The translations under genes were made by a program, and so were the position numbers. This document shows positions 24,116-45,967 of a stretch of DNA of 64,000 bases, one piece after another; position 1 is the first letter of the stretch, and each line of letters begins with the position of its first letter. The DNA comes from Macrostomum hystrix (Eukaryota; Animalia; Platyhelminthes). The stretch is taken from NCBI GenBank assembly GCA_950097015.1, contig CATNEN010000001.1, forward strand, positions 15,748,001-15,812,000. The letters run 5' to 3'. The notes beneath the pieces were generated by a model that had not been told where the DNA came from, made no database searches, and was given only the letters and a program-made list of their open reading frames with translations.

Positions 24116-25044
24116 AATGGAAAGGATAAATGAAACTATGCTTAGTTGTATCCAACGTACAGCAGATCGTCTGCAGATACCAATTTTGTAAATATTTTTG
24201 TATTCATGAATATTTAAATAGAATTCTGCAAGTCCCATAAGCTAGCAATGCAACAATTGTTTTATGTCTGTACAGAGCTGGGCGCTGGCATTCATTTTGA
24301 TTTTAAGGAATTTTCTGTTATAATCGGTTAGCTGTTTTGCGGCCTCTGGCCCACTTGGTCATAAAGATAACTGGAGCTTGCTTCTGAATTAATTGCTAAA
24401 TATCATAGCTGAGCCGCATAAATCATCCGACAGATAGCAATGTTCTTTTCGTCTAGTACCAGAGCGGCCTGCAACGCCTTGTCCTTCAATCCTGATTCTG
24501 TGTAAACTAAGCAAGATGAAGCAGGCAATTCTAACTGAGCAGAGTTAGATAAAATTGTTCCTCATCAACACAGCGGATCGAGTAGGCTGAGCATTTCGAG
24601 CAGGTGTCCCAACTCCCAACGTGTACAGGTTCGTCTAACTAGACCTGATCAAAGGAACAGCGATCGGTATCAAAGGCATGGTCACGACACGACACGATCA
24701 CTGTCCCATTTGGAAATATCGATTTCCATTATTGTTAACTTCTTACAGAAGTATAGTACAGGAACCTACGTTTCTTAGAAAACTTTTAAGGCAGCTTTTT
24801 TCAGAAAAATACCCTATTTAGAAGGAGACTCGCTTTTTCAAGTCTCTTCTTTTGATGAGAATACCAAATCGATGTTTTCCAAAAAAGGCTCAACAGAAAT
24901 CGTTAAAGCTATTAATCAGGAAACCAATCTCAAAATATGAGCCTTTTATCCACCTCCAATTACGAGTAAATAAAGTCACTGATTTGTGCCGAAAAAATGT
25001 TACATAGAGTCCCATCCTTACACTCCTAGTGGTCACGGAAACCG

Positions 25045-26432
25045 TAGCTGGAATCGAACCCAGAGCCGCAGCTAGAATCATTACAAGAACTGCAACTCGT
25101 AGCTAGAATCGCAGCTAGAATTAATGCAAGAATCGGAGCACGAGATGCCGCGAGAATCGTTACAAGAATCGAAGCTGGAATCGTAGGAAGAATCGCAGCA
25201 AGTTTGCAGCTAGAATCGCAACTTAGTTTTATTGCTGCGATTGCAAGAATCGGTAGAAGAACCGCAGCTAGAATTGCAGCAAGAATCGCAGCAAGAACCG
25301 CAGCAAGAATCGCAGCTAGAACCGCAGCAAGAACCGCAGCAAGAATTGCAGCTAGAACCGCAGCAAGAATCGCAGCAAGAATTGCAGCTAGAACCGCAGC
25401 AAGAATCGCAGCAAGAATTGCAGCTAGAACCGCAGCAAGAACCGCAGCAAGAATCGCAGCTAGAACCGCAGCAAGAACCGCAGCAAGAATTGCAGCTAGA
25501 ACCGCAGCAAGAATCGCAGCAAGAATTGCAGCTAGAACCGCAGCAAGAACCGCAGCAAAAATTGCAGTAAGAACCGCAGCAAGAATTGCAGCTAGAACCG
25601 CAGCAAGAATTGCAGCTAGAACCGCAGCAAGAACCGCAGCAAGAATTGCAGCTAGAACCGCAGCAAGAATCGCAGCAAGAATTGCAGCAAGAATTGCAGC
25701 TAGAACCGCAGCAAGAATTGCAGCTAGAACCGCAGCAAGAATTGCAGCAAGAATTGCAGCTAGAACCGCAGCAAGAATCGCAGCAAGAATTGCAGCTAGA
25801 ACCGCAGCAAGAACCGCAGCAAGAATCGCAGCAAGAACCGCAGCAAGAACCGCAGCAAGAATCGCAGCAAGAACCGCAGCAAGAACCGCAGCAAGAATTG
25901 CAGCTAGAACCGCAGCAAGAATTGCAGCTAGAACCGCAGCAAGAATCGCAGCAAGAATCGCAGCTAGAACCGCAGCTAGAACCGCAGCAAGAACCGCAGC
26001 AAGAATCGCAGCAAGAACCGCAGCAAGAACCGCAGCAAGAATTGCAGCTAGAACCGCAGCAAGAATTGCAGCTAGAACCGCAGCAAGAATCGCAGCAAGA
26101 ATCGCAGCTAGAACCGCAGCTAGAACCGCAGCAAGAACCGCAGCAAGAATCGCAGCAAGAATTGCAGCTAGAACCGCAGCAAGAACCGCAGCAAGAACCG
26201 CAGCAAGAACCGCAGCAAGAATTACAGCTAGAACCGCAGCAAGAACCGGAGCAAGAATTGCAGCTAGAACCACAGCAAGAATCGCAGCAAGAATTGCAGC
26301 AAGTTTTGCTGCAAGAATCGCAGCAAGAATTGCAGCAAGAATCGCAGCAAGAATCGCAGCTAGAATTGGAGCAAGAATCGCAGCAAGAATTGCAGCTAGA
26401 ACCGCAGCAAGAATCGCAGCTAGAACCGCAGT
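25045..26432. repeat. 12-bp minisatellite (GAAYYGCAGCWA)n
   Basis: Direct inspection; source of the TAAR/IAAR ORF artefacts. Confidence 0.97.
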
Positions 26433-27086
26433 AATTGTTTAAGGTCCCCCAAATTGAAAGCTTATAACATAATTTGCTAGCTTAGAAAAGTAATTAACTG
26501 TCCGTGCTCACAAGTGATTGAGGCTTTAAATATTTTTCAAATGGTCACGCGCAACTGACTGATTTCCAAATGATTAAGCGAAACGGAAAAACAGCAGAGA
26601 AAACAAGCTTAGAATATAATAAATGAAAGTGTGAATAAGCGCTGTCACCGCGGTTTCAGATTGCACTGGCAATACAAAGTTCTTTGTCACGAATCCTTAT
26701 AACTAAATTCGACAATTTTCTACCTACGGACCCCTAATTAGATTTTAGTGCCATAGAGTATGGTGGAGTCCAACTCAGCGAACTTGCACTTTCTCAGCTC
26801 AGGCTGATCACGGCATCAGTCCTGGTTGAGGAATAAGTGAACAATTCGTTTTACTAATCTTTCTTCAACTGTGATTTAGCGAGTCCTGCATGTCACATTT
26901 TGGCAGCAGACAAGCAAAACCTTCTAGGCGTGGTCGCTCTTCTCGTCTTCTGCTAAAATGATTGGCTTTTACTGCTACATGCACTTTTGTAGGACATTGG
27001 TTTCACACTCAAGACCTTGCTTAAACCATAGATAAAGCAAGCATTAGTGCTATAGTTGATTGCCTCTTATCTGGAGCACAGTATGG

Positions 27087-27998
27087 AATCGCAGCAGGAA
27101 CCGTAGCTAGATATGTAGCATGAATCGAAGCCAGATATGTAGCAAGAATCGAAGCAAGATAAGATATGCAGATAGAATCGAGGCTAGATATGTAGATAGA
27201 ATCGAAGCTAGATATGTAGCTAGAATCGAAGCTAGGTATTTAGCTAGAATCGAAGCTAGGTATTTAGCTAGAATCGAAGCTAGGTATATAGCTAGAATCG
27301 AAGCTAGGTATTTAGCTAGAATCGAAGCTAGGTATTTAGCTAGAATCGAAGCTAGATATGTAGTTAGAATCGAGGCTAGATATGCAGATAGAATCGAAGC
27401 TAGAAATGCAGATAAAATCGAAGCTAGATATGCAGATAGAATCGAAGCTAGATATGCAGATAGAATCGAAGCTAGATATGCAGATAGAATCGAAGCTAGA
27501 TATGTAGATAGAATCGAAGCTAGGTATGTAGATAGAATCGAAGCTAGATATGCAGATAGAATCGAAGCTAGATATGTAGATAGAATCGAAGCTAGATATG
27601 TAGATAGAATCGAAGCTAGATATGTAGATAGAATCGAAGCTAGGTATGTAGATAGAATCGAAGCTAGATATGCAGATAGAATCGAAGCTAGATATGTAGA
27701 TAGAATCGAAGCTAGGTATTTAGCTAGAATCGAAGCTAGGTATGTAGCTAGAATCGAAGCTAGATATGTAGATAGAATCGAAGCTAGATATGTAGATAGA
27801 ATCGAAGCTAGGTATGTAGATAGAATCGAAGCTAGGTATATAGCTAGAATCGAAGCTAGGTATGTAGATAGAATCGAAGCTAGGTATTTAGCTAGAATCG
27901 AAGCTAGGTATATAGCTAGAATCGAAGCTAGGTATGCAGATTGAATCGAAGCTAGATATGTAGATAGAATCGAAGCTAGATATGCAGATAGAATCGAA
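27087..27998. repeat. 24-bp (2x12) minisatellite (GAATCGAAGCTAGATATGTAGATA)n
   Basis: Direct inspection; one half resembles the 12-mer of the 25-26 kb array. Confidence 0.97.
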
Positions 27999-28004
27999 GG
28001 GGTT

Positions 28005-28262
28005 TTGGGGGTGGTTAGCGCGTCTGCTTCTCGAACCAAGGTCCCTGAGCTCGATTCCGCGGCGAGGCCACATTCATTTGGGGCGCCAGCCGCGGAGAGA
28101 AGGCTTGGGGGCTTGTCGTGCAATTTGCGCCGTTGAGGGCCAGCCTCCAAGGCAGAGTTAGAGTGTGTGCCTTGGTACAGTATCTGTGTGGGTAAGTGCT
28201 CAAGAGTCAGCGAAACGGGCAGAATTGCCTCCTCGCTGGCTGCGGGTCTAGTGTCACCAAAT
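28005..28262 (+). mobile_element. tRNA-derived SINE family B
   Basis: GGTGGTTAGCGCGTCTG..CCAAGGTCCCTGAGCTCGATTCCGCGGCGAGGCCAC head; five further copies in the window. Confidence 0.8.
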
Positions 28263-28564
28263 GATGTGTCATTGCCCGCAGCCCTCCAGCAAAAATTAAT
28301 TTTTATTGCCTTATCAATGTTAGCACAGCTAAAACGGATACTTATTTTTGTCGTATATTTATATTTTTATATAAGCCTTGTTGATAGATAGGCGTTGCAG
28401 GACGTCACAAAAGTGCAAACAACTGCAAATATATTTAAGGTGGTAGAACTAACACTAATAAGTTAAATAAGGTCAACTGCCAGTATTAAACGAATAAACA
28501 CATGCGTTTGCATTAATAATAGAACAACTATCAGGACACACGATAAAAATAATGATTTATTTCA

Positions 28565-28845
28565 CCTGTCCCAATTGGGCCAGATGTGCAGCCGACAGCA
28601 CAGCCGCAGCTAATGCGCGGCGCATCTGAAGGCTGCGTACAGCTGTTCAGTCCATGGACTGGTGGGACGCCACACCCACCCTCGATTACCCAAGCTAATG
28701 ATGGTACACATTTAACAGCTGGGTGAACTGAAGCAATGGAGAGTTAACTGTCTTGCTTACAGGACACAAATTGTTCCAGTGGAGTCGGGAATCGAACCCC
28801 CGACCTTTAAGTCGTGAGTCCGACGCTCTTAAACAGAAGGCTACA
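28565..28845 (-). mobile_element. SINE family A copy
   Basis: Reverse-complement homologue of 450-752 (GGGAATCGAACCCCCGACC..GTGAGTCCGACGCTCT). Confidence 0.85.
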
Positions 28846-29302
28846 AACTTTTCACACCTAATAAACTATTCATAACAGTTTTAGGACACATTACAAGACA
28901 GATAATACCCATTCCTAATGAGACAATGAGGGCAGACAGTGTTCTATGAACATTACTTTTATACAAAGAAATATTAGAATGCCACGAGACAAGAACACGG
29001 CTAAAGACTTGGTACAGGACCACAAAAACGTCGCAGACTGGGTGGCTATAACTAGTTCTATAGAAATATGTCTTTGTTAGGCCTTATCGACTAAATTGCT
29101 AGACAATTAAGACTAAAGACTAAACAAATAAATATAAGAATTACGGTCGTACTGAACGAGACAAGTCAAGACCAGACAGGATAATGAGTTTAGATCGGAC
29201 GCATTTCTTGGAGTTAAATATACGTTGCTTTAGTAGTCCTAGATCTCAATTCGTCGACTCAAGCCCTCCTTCCATTGAGCCGATTCAGAATCCGAAGGAA
29301 AA

Positions 29303-38853
<9,551 letters not shown>

Positions 38854-39240
38854 TCTCAATCACTGCTCACCGAGAATCGGCTAAAACGCGTTTTTTTATC
38901 TGGGAAATCGTAAATTTAGATGCTTTAAAAATCTACCAGAGCTCCGTTGCAACAACCTCTTCTTAAAGGGACTTTTATCCCAGCTTTTTTTCGGCGGATT
39001 TCATTGGCTGCCGACTCAGACGCAGCTGATTTGCGCCGAGAGGCTGAGCGGGCTGGAAATCCACTGGGATTAACGAGTGCCGGGATAGGATCCCCCTGAC
39101 ATTGTGAGCAAGCATATCCCTGTTATGCTCAGATTTACTGTCTGTGCTGGGCGTCTGTCTGTCTGTCTGTCTGTCTGTCTTGCAATTAATTTCTGCTTGC
39201 TCTTGAAAGCTTGCACGAGTAGAGTATGGCCAATGTTTTG

Positions 39241-39445
39241 CCAAGGTCCCTGAGTTCGATTCCGCGGCGAGGCCACATTCATTTTGGGCGCAGCCGTGGA
39301 GAGAAGGCTTGGGGGGCTTGTCGTGCAATTTACGCCTTTGAGGGCCAACCTCCAAGGCACAGTGAGAGTGTACACTGCCTGATGATGAGAAGGTCTGGGT
39401 AGATGTACACACCTGTGTGAGTGTGTGCCTGCGTACGGTATCTTA
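39241..39445 (+). mobile_element. SINE family B copy
   Basis: CCAAGGTCCCTGAGTTCGATTCCGCGGCGAGGCCACATT.. Confidence 0.85.
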
Positions 39446-39455
39446 TCCTATTAGA

Positions 39456-39586
39456 TTGTAAATTATCCCCTGAGTTTGTAAATTATCCCCTCAGTTTGTA
39501 AATTATCCCTTCAGTTTGTAAATTATCCCCTCAGTTTGTAAATTATCCCCTCAGTTTGTAAATTATCCCCTCAGTTTGTAAATTAT
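39456..39586. repeat. 20-bp minisatellite (TTGTAAATTATCCCCTCAGT)n
   Basis: About 6.5 copies. Confidence 0.95.
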
Positions 39587-40344
39587 TTCATCTGTCATTA
39601 AACGATGGTTTCAGTTAGCAGAAGAAAAAAGCTGCAGGACGGATTGCAGTTACCTAAAATGAAGAATTTTCTTCAGGCACAGCTGCTTGAAAATGCACAA
39701 AGGACAGTAAGATTTTTTTCAATCTTACTGGAACCTGGAAAATACGACTTCAAAAACATCTCAGGTGTCTGGCGTTGTTTGAGAAGACGTGGAGTAATTT
39801 AATATTGGCCTTCAAGATTTTGCTGGATTATTTTTTTGACGTTTTTTATTTTAAAAAGGAAACTGGAAAACATTTCGAACAACAAAATGAAATTTTACGA
39901 CACTTCACTTGCATTAACAGCATCTGAGCCAAATATATAAATCAGAGAGCATATATTTGAAAGCTATTCTGTGCTCAACTGTCACTGCTCAGCTCAAAGA
40001 ACGAGACTGACTCAAGCCAGAGAAAAATAGGCAGACTAGCTAGCCTTTTCCATATAGTTTTCATTATAGTAATTATCTGTATCTTGGCGGGATACTAGAG
40101 TTCTGCCTACCTTCGGAAATTAGAAAAACACATTCTAGAGTAAATAATTGCTGCTAGCTCGCACGCCCAAGTTGCTTTTCGGGCTGAAAATGGTTTCATT
40201 GTGTCAGCTTGTTGCGTTTTTCACTTAATCTGTGTGTCTGCCCGGCTGTCAGAAATTTTAGTATTTTTTAAGTTTTGCTTCATCAACTCAACTTATTAAC
40301 TGCTTTTCACCCACTTCTCACTCAGTTCCCACTGTGACGTACAC

Positions 40345-42772
40345 TGAGTGACTGGGTGAGATGTACAATGAGAGACTGGGTGAGATGTACAGTGAGAGAC
40401 TGGGTGAGATGTACAGTGAGAGACTGGGTGAGATGTACAGTGAGAGACTGGGTGAGATGTACAGTGAGAGACTGGGTGAGATCTAGAATGAGACACTGTG
40501 AGATCTAGAATGAGACACTGTGAGATCCAGCATGAGACACTGTGAGATCTAGAATGACATTCTGTGAGATCCAGCATAAGACACTGTGAGATCTATCATG
40601 AGACACTGTGAGATCTAGAATGAGACAGTGTGAGATCTATCATGAGACACTGTGAGATCTAGAATGAGATTCTGAGAGATCTAGAATGAGATTCTGTGAG
40701 ATATAGAATGAGATTCTGTGAGATCTATCATGAGACACTGTGAGATCTTGAATGAGATTCTGTGAGATCTAGAATGAGATTCTGTGAGATCCAGCATGAG
40801 ACACTGTGAGATCTTGAATGAGATTCTGTAAGATCCAGCATGAGACACTGTGAGATCTAGAATGAGATTCTGTGAGATCCAGCATAAGACACTGTGAGAT
40901 CTATCATGAGACACTGTGAGATCTAGAATGACATTCTGTGAGATCCAGCATAAGACACTGTTAGATCTATCATGAGACACTGTGAGATCTAGAATGAGAT
41001 TCTGAGAGATCTAGAATGAGATTCTGTGAGATATAGAATGAGATTCTGTGAGATCTATCATGAGACACTGTGAGATCTATCATGAGACACTGTGAGATCT
41101 AGAATGAGATTCTGAGAGATCCAGCATGAGACACTGTGAGATCTTGAATGAGATTCTGTGAGATCCAGCATGAGACACTGTGAGATCTTGAATGAGATTC
41201 TGTGAGATCCAGCATGAGACACTGTGAGATCTAGAATGAGATTCTGAGAGATCTAGAATGAGATTCTGTGAGATATAGAATGAGATTCTGTGAGATCTAT
41301 CATGAGACACTGTGAGATCTTGAATGAGATTCTGTGAGATCCAGCATGAGACACTGTGAGATCTAGAATGAAATTCTGTGAGATCCAGCATGAGACACTG
41401 TGAGATCTATCATGAGACACTGTGAGATCTTGAATGAGATTCTGTGAGATCCAGCATGAGACACTGTGAGATCTAGAATGAGATTCTGTGAGATCCAGCA
41501 TGAGACACTGTGAGATCTAGAATGACATTCTGTGAGATCCAGCATAAGACACTGTTAGATCTATCATGAGACACTGTGAGATCTAGAATGAGATTCTGAG
41601 AGATCTAGAATGAGATTCTGTGAGATATAGAATGAGATTCTGTGAGATCTATCATGAGACACTGTGAGATCTTGAATGAGATTCTGTGAGATCTAGAATG
41701 AGATTCTGTGAGATCCAGCATGAGACACTGTGAGATCTTGAATGAGATTCTGTGAGATCCAGCATGAGACACTGTGAGATCTTGAATGAGATTCTGTGAG
41801 ATCCAGCATGAGACACTGTGAGATCTATCATGAGACACTGTGAGATCTAGAATGAGACAGTGTGAGATCTATCATGAGACACTGTGAGATCTAGAATGAG
41901 ATTCTGAGAGATCCAGCATGAGACACTGTGAGATCTTGAATGAGATTCTGTGAGATCCAGCATGAGACACTGTGAGATCTTGAATGAGATTCTGTGAGAT
42001 CCAGCATGAGACACTGTGAGATCTAGAATGAGATTCTGTGAGATATAGAATGAGATTCTGTGAGATCTATCATGAGACACTGTGAGATCTTGAATGAGAT
42101 TCTGTGAGATCTAGAATGAGATTCTGTGAGATCCAGCATGAGACACTGTGAGATCTTGAATGAGATTCTGTGAGATCCAGCATGAGACACTGTGAGATCT
42201 TGAATGAGATTCTGTGAGATCCAGCATGAGACACTGTGAGATCTTGAATGAGATTCTGTGAGATCCAGCATGAGACACTGTGAGATCTAGAATGAGATTC
42301 TGTGAGATCCAGCATAAGACACTGTGAGATCTATCATGAGACACTGTGAGATCTAGAATGAGACAGTGTGAGATCTATCATGAGACACTGTGAGATCTAG
42401 AATGAGATTCTGAGAGATCTAGAATGAGATTCTGTGAGATATAGAATGAGATTCTGTGAGATCTATCATGAGACACTGTGAGATCTTGAATGAGATTCTG
42501 TGAGATCTAGAATGAGATTCTGTGAGATCCAGCATGAGACACTGTGAGATCTTGAATGAGATTCTGTGAGATCCAGCATGAGACACTGTGAGATCTTGAA
42601 TGAGATTCTGTGAGATCCAGCATGAGACACTGTGAGATCTTGAATGAGATTCTGTGAGATCCAGCATGAGACACTGTGAGATCTTGAATGAGATTCTGTG
42701 AGATCCAGCATGAGACACTGTGAGATCTTGAATGAGATTCTGTGAGATCCAGCATGAGACACTGTGAGATCC
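40345..42772. repeat. 22-bp minisatellite (GAGATCTAGAATGAGATTCTGT / GAGATCCAGCATGAGACACTGT)n
   Basis: 2.4 kb; alternating variants give a 44-bp higher-order unit. Confidence 0.97.
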
Positions 42773-43404
42773 ATGATGAGCAGATGATGAAGTCAGAAAG
42801 TACCTGAAAGTGGATAAAAGTGCACAGAATTATACTTTTTTATCAGTGCCAAATCCAGCTTAAACAAAATGCTGTGAGCACAAAGTGCCAAGTACTAACC
42901 GCAGCTACCGTTAGACAAACATTGAGTATTACGCGACCATGCACTCTCCTAGTTGGTGTGATGTTTGACTAAGTCTTTAACAAACATCGACTTGGCTTTG
43001 GCTGAGACGCGCAGAGGAAAGATTCCGGGAAGGACCGCGAGAGGGCGACGGTAGGGCGAGAGAACCAACCAACTGGCTGCGGCTAGTTGTTCTGGAGTCC
43101 AGTTTTAGTCTGAAAGAAGAAAACTTATACTTCACTCTCATCTCTTCTAGAAGAAGAACAATGAATGGAGAGAGAGAGAGAGAGAGAGAGAAGGGAGAGC
43201 GGGGTTTGAGGTGCGCTTGGCGCCAATCCAAATTACAGGCAGCTCATAAATTATTGAGTATAAGGTCCAATAGCCAGTTCTCATCACAGCTTTGAGTACT
43301 TAAAAGTTAAAATACAGTCCCACAATGAGCCCAGTTGTGTTGAATTAAAAAACTGTCCTGAACTAGCAGCTGGGAGTCACTGGACCCTGGTGTGTTCTCA
43401 AGCC

Positions 43405-45775
43405 ATGACTTCAGCGCGGACCGCCGCCGCCGATGAGCAAGGCTCGCAGTGCTTGAGTCCAAGGAAGACTCGAGTGCTTGAGCACATTCGCGCAGCGGCC
43501 AGCTCAGTCGTCTGTCCGGTTCTGCTGGATGTTCAACAGCGCTTGCCAAAGGATTTCCCGCAGCCGGATCCGTCAACAGTCCGTCTGTTTCACCTGACCA
43601 TTCAGGATCATTGCTGGGAAGCCATGACCAAGCTCATAGCCCAGTATCCTACCATTGTGCTGCATCATCACTTTGATGAGACGCCGTTGATCTGCGCGAT
43701 TCGCTGCGGCTGGGAGGACATTGCGCTCTACCTGGTGCAACACGGAGCTTCAGTGCATTGCGCCAAGATGCTCTTCGATAGTCGCCATGGAGACAAGGGC
43801 GTCAGCTACGACTGGTACGAGGTCTCGGCCAGGGAGATGGCCTACGAGAGACGAATGCTGGAACTGCTCGAGATATTGGACTACCTCACTGGCAACTACT
43901 TCACCTATCTCAAACCACCAGCCATTGCGGTGAGACTGGGGAGAGAGAGGGTGAGGAGAGAGAGGGTGAGGAGAGAGAGGGTGAGGAGAGAGAGGGTGAG
44001 GAGAGAGAGGGTGGGGAGAGAGAGGGTGGGGAGAGAGAGGGTGAGGAGAGAGAGGGTGAGGAGAGAGAGGGTGAGGAGAGAGAGGGTGAGGAGAGAGAGG
44101 GTGAGGAGAGAGAGGGTGAGGAGAGAGAGGGTGAGGAGAGAGAGGGTGAGGAGAGAGAGGGTGAGGAGAGAGAGGGTGGGGAGAGAGAGGGTGAGGAGAG
44201 AGAGGGTGAGGAGAGAGAGGGTGAGGAGAGAGAGGGTGAGGAGAGAGAGGGTGAGGAGAGAGAGGGTGAGGAGAGAGAGGGTGAGGAGAGAGAGGGTGAG
44301 GAGAGAGGGTGAGGAGAGAGAGGGTGAGGAGAGAGAGGGTGAGGAGAGAGAGGGTGAGGAGAGAGGGTGAGGAGAGAGAGGGTGAGGAGAGAGAGGGTGA
44401 GGAGAGAGAGGGTGAGGAGAGAGGGTGAGGAGAGAGAGGGTGAGGAGAGAGAGGGTGAGGAGAGAGAGGGTGAGGAGAGAGAGGGTGAAAAGAGATTGTG
44501 AGGAGAGAGAGGGTGAGGAGAGAGAGGGTGAAAAGAGATTGTGAGGAGAGAGAGGGTGAAAAGAGATTGTGAGAAGAGAGGGTTGGGTGAGTTTTGAGAT
44601 GCTTAGAATAGCAGACACCAAATATAATCGCTGGTAAACAAATATTTTCCGTCTAGTTAAAGGATTACAGTGAGACAGTGAGACGTAGAGTGAGGCAAGA
44701 TTAGTTTGAGATTGGATGACTGGATGAGATTTCGAGTGAGATAGGATGAGATTTAGAGTGAGACAGGATGAGATTTAGGGTGAGACAGGATGAGATTTAG
44801 AGTGAGACAAGTTGAGCTTGAGACTGAGACTGGGTGAGATTTAGAGGGAGACAGAATGGGATTTAGAGTGAGACAGGATGGGATTTAGGGTGGGATAGAA
44901 TGAGATTTAGAGTGAGACAAGTTGAGCTTGAGAGTGAGACAGGGTGAGATTTAGAGTGAGACAGGATGGGATTTAGAGTGAGACAGGATGGGATTTAGAG
45001 TGAGACAGGGCGAGATTGAGAGTGAGATAGGATGGGATTGAGAGTGAGACAGGATGGGATTTAGAGTGAGACAGGATGGGATTGAGAGTGAGACAGAATG
45101 GGATTTAGAGTGAGACAGGATGGGATTGAGAGTGAGACAGGATGAGATTTAGAGTGAGACAGGATGAGATTTAGAGTGAGACAAGTTGAGCTTGAGAGTG
45201 AGACAGGGTGAGATTTAGAGTGGGACAGGATGGGATTTAGAGTGAGACAGGGTGAGATTGAGAGTAAGACAGGGTGAGATTGAGAGTGAGACAGGGTGAG
45301 ATGTAGAGTGAGACAGGGTGAGATTGAGAGTGAGACAGGGTGAGATTTAGAGTGAGACAGGATAAGATCGAGAGTGAGACAGGATCTCATCCTAGATCCA
45401 CTCAGGAGAAGAATACTATTTGTTTGAGACGTGGAGTGAGACGTAGAGTTAGATTTGGAACTAGACAGGACGAGATTCAGATTGAGACGAAGTGTGAGTT
45501 AGCATGAGTTCAAACTCATTTTCCTAAATCGTGCACAATGTTCCCGTATCCAGATAAGGATGCTTCGGCCCCAGAAAGTGCCAGACCCGTTTGAGGAAGT
45601 GTTTGAGCTGCCAGCGGACTTCTTTAGCGACGCCTATGTGAAGCCGGCGGACAAGAAGACTTCAAAGGCTCCTAGAAGGAAGAAATTAGCTGCCAAGCAG
45701 GTGTCAAAGACTGACCAGTCGCAGCCTGATTCTATGGGCAATGTGGGACCGGCTAACTCGGAGGGAAAAAATTAA
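43405..45775 (+). CDS. Ankyrin-repeat-containing protein, ~248 aa; exons 43405-43929, 45554-45775
   Basis: ETPLICAIRCGWEDIALYLVQHGASV ankyrin consensus; GCG|GTGAGA joins ccag|ATA AGG ATG in phase 0; basic C-terminus. Confidence 0.8.
43935..44582. repeat. Purine-rich 15-bp repeat (GAGAGAGAGGGTGAG)n, intronic
   Basis: Starts immediately after the splice donor. Confidence 0.97.
44720..45385. repeat. Diverged 22-bp minisatellite (GAGTGAGACAGGATGAGATTTA)n, intronic
   Basis: Direct inspection. Confidence 0.9.
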
Positions 45776-45967
45776 TTTAAGCCATCATTCTAAACTGTCT
45801 GTGGTGTGAAGTTTTTTGCTTTGTGATATTTTAACATTGATTTCCATCTGCATTTTCAGTTACCATGTAAATTACAGGATCAAATTTATTGTTTTTATTT
45901 TCTTCTATTGTAAATATACAAAGAAGATTCATTTTTAGCAAAATCTTTCATGAAGTCTTAGAAAATA

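Noticed and set aside
24380-24660. Possible minus-strand exons (LVRRTCTRWELGHLLEMLSLLDPLC*, SGLKDKALQAALVLDEK..)
   Set aside because: Short, with no upstream exon or start found and no recognisable homology.
25026-28150. Long repetitive ORFs (TAAR/IAAR, EPQQ, IEARY)
   Set aside because: Open on both strands in several frames because of the 12/24-bp satellites; no unique coding flanks or splice support.
40296-42774. Many overlapping MLDLTESHSRSH ORFs
   Set aside because: 22-bp satellite artefacts.
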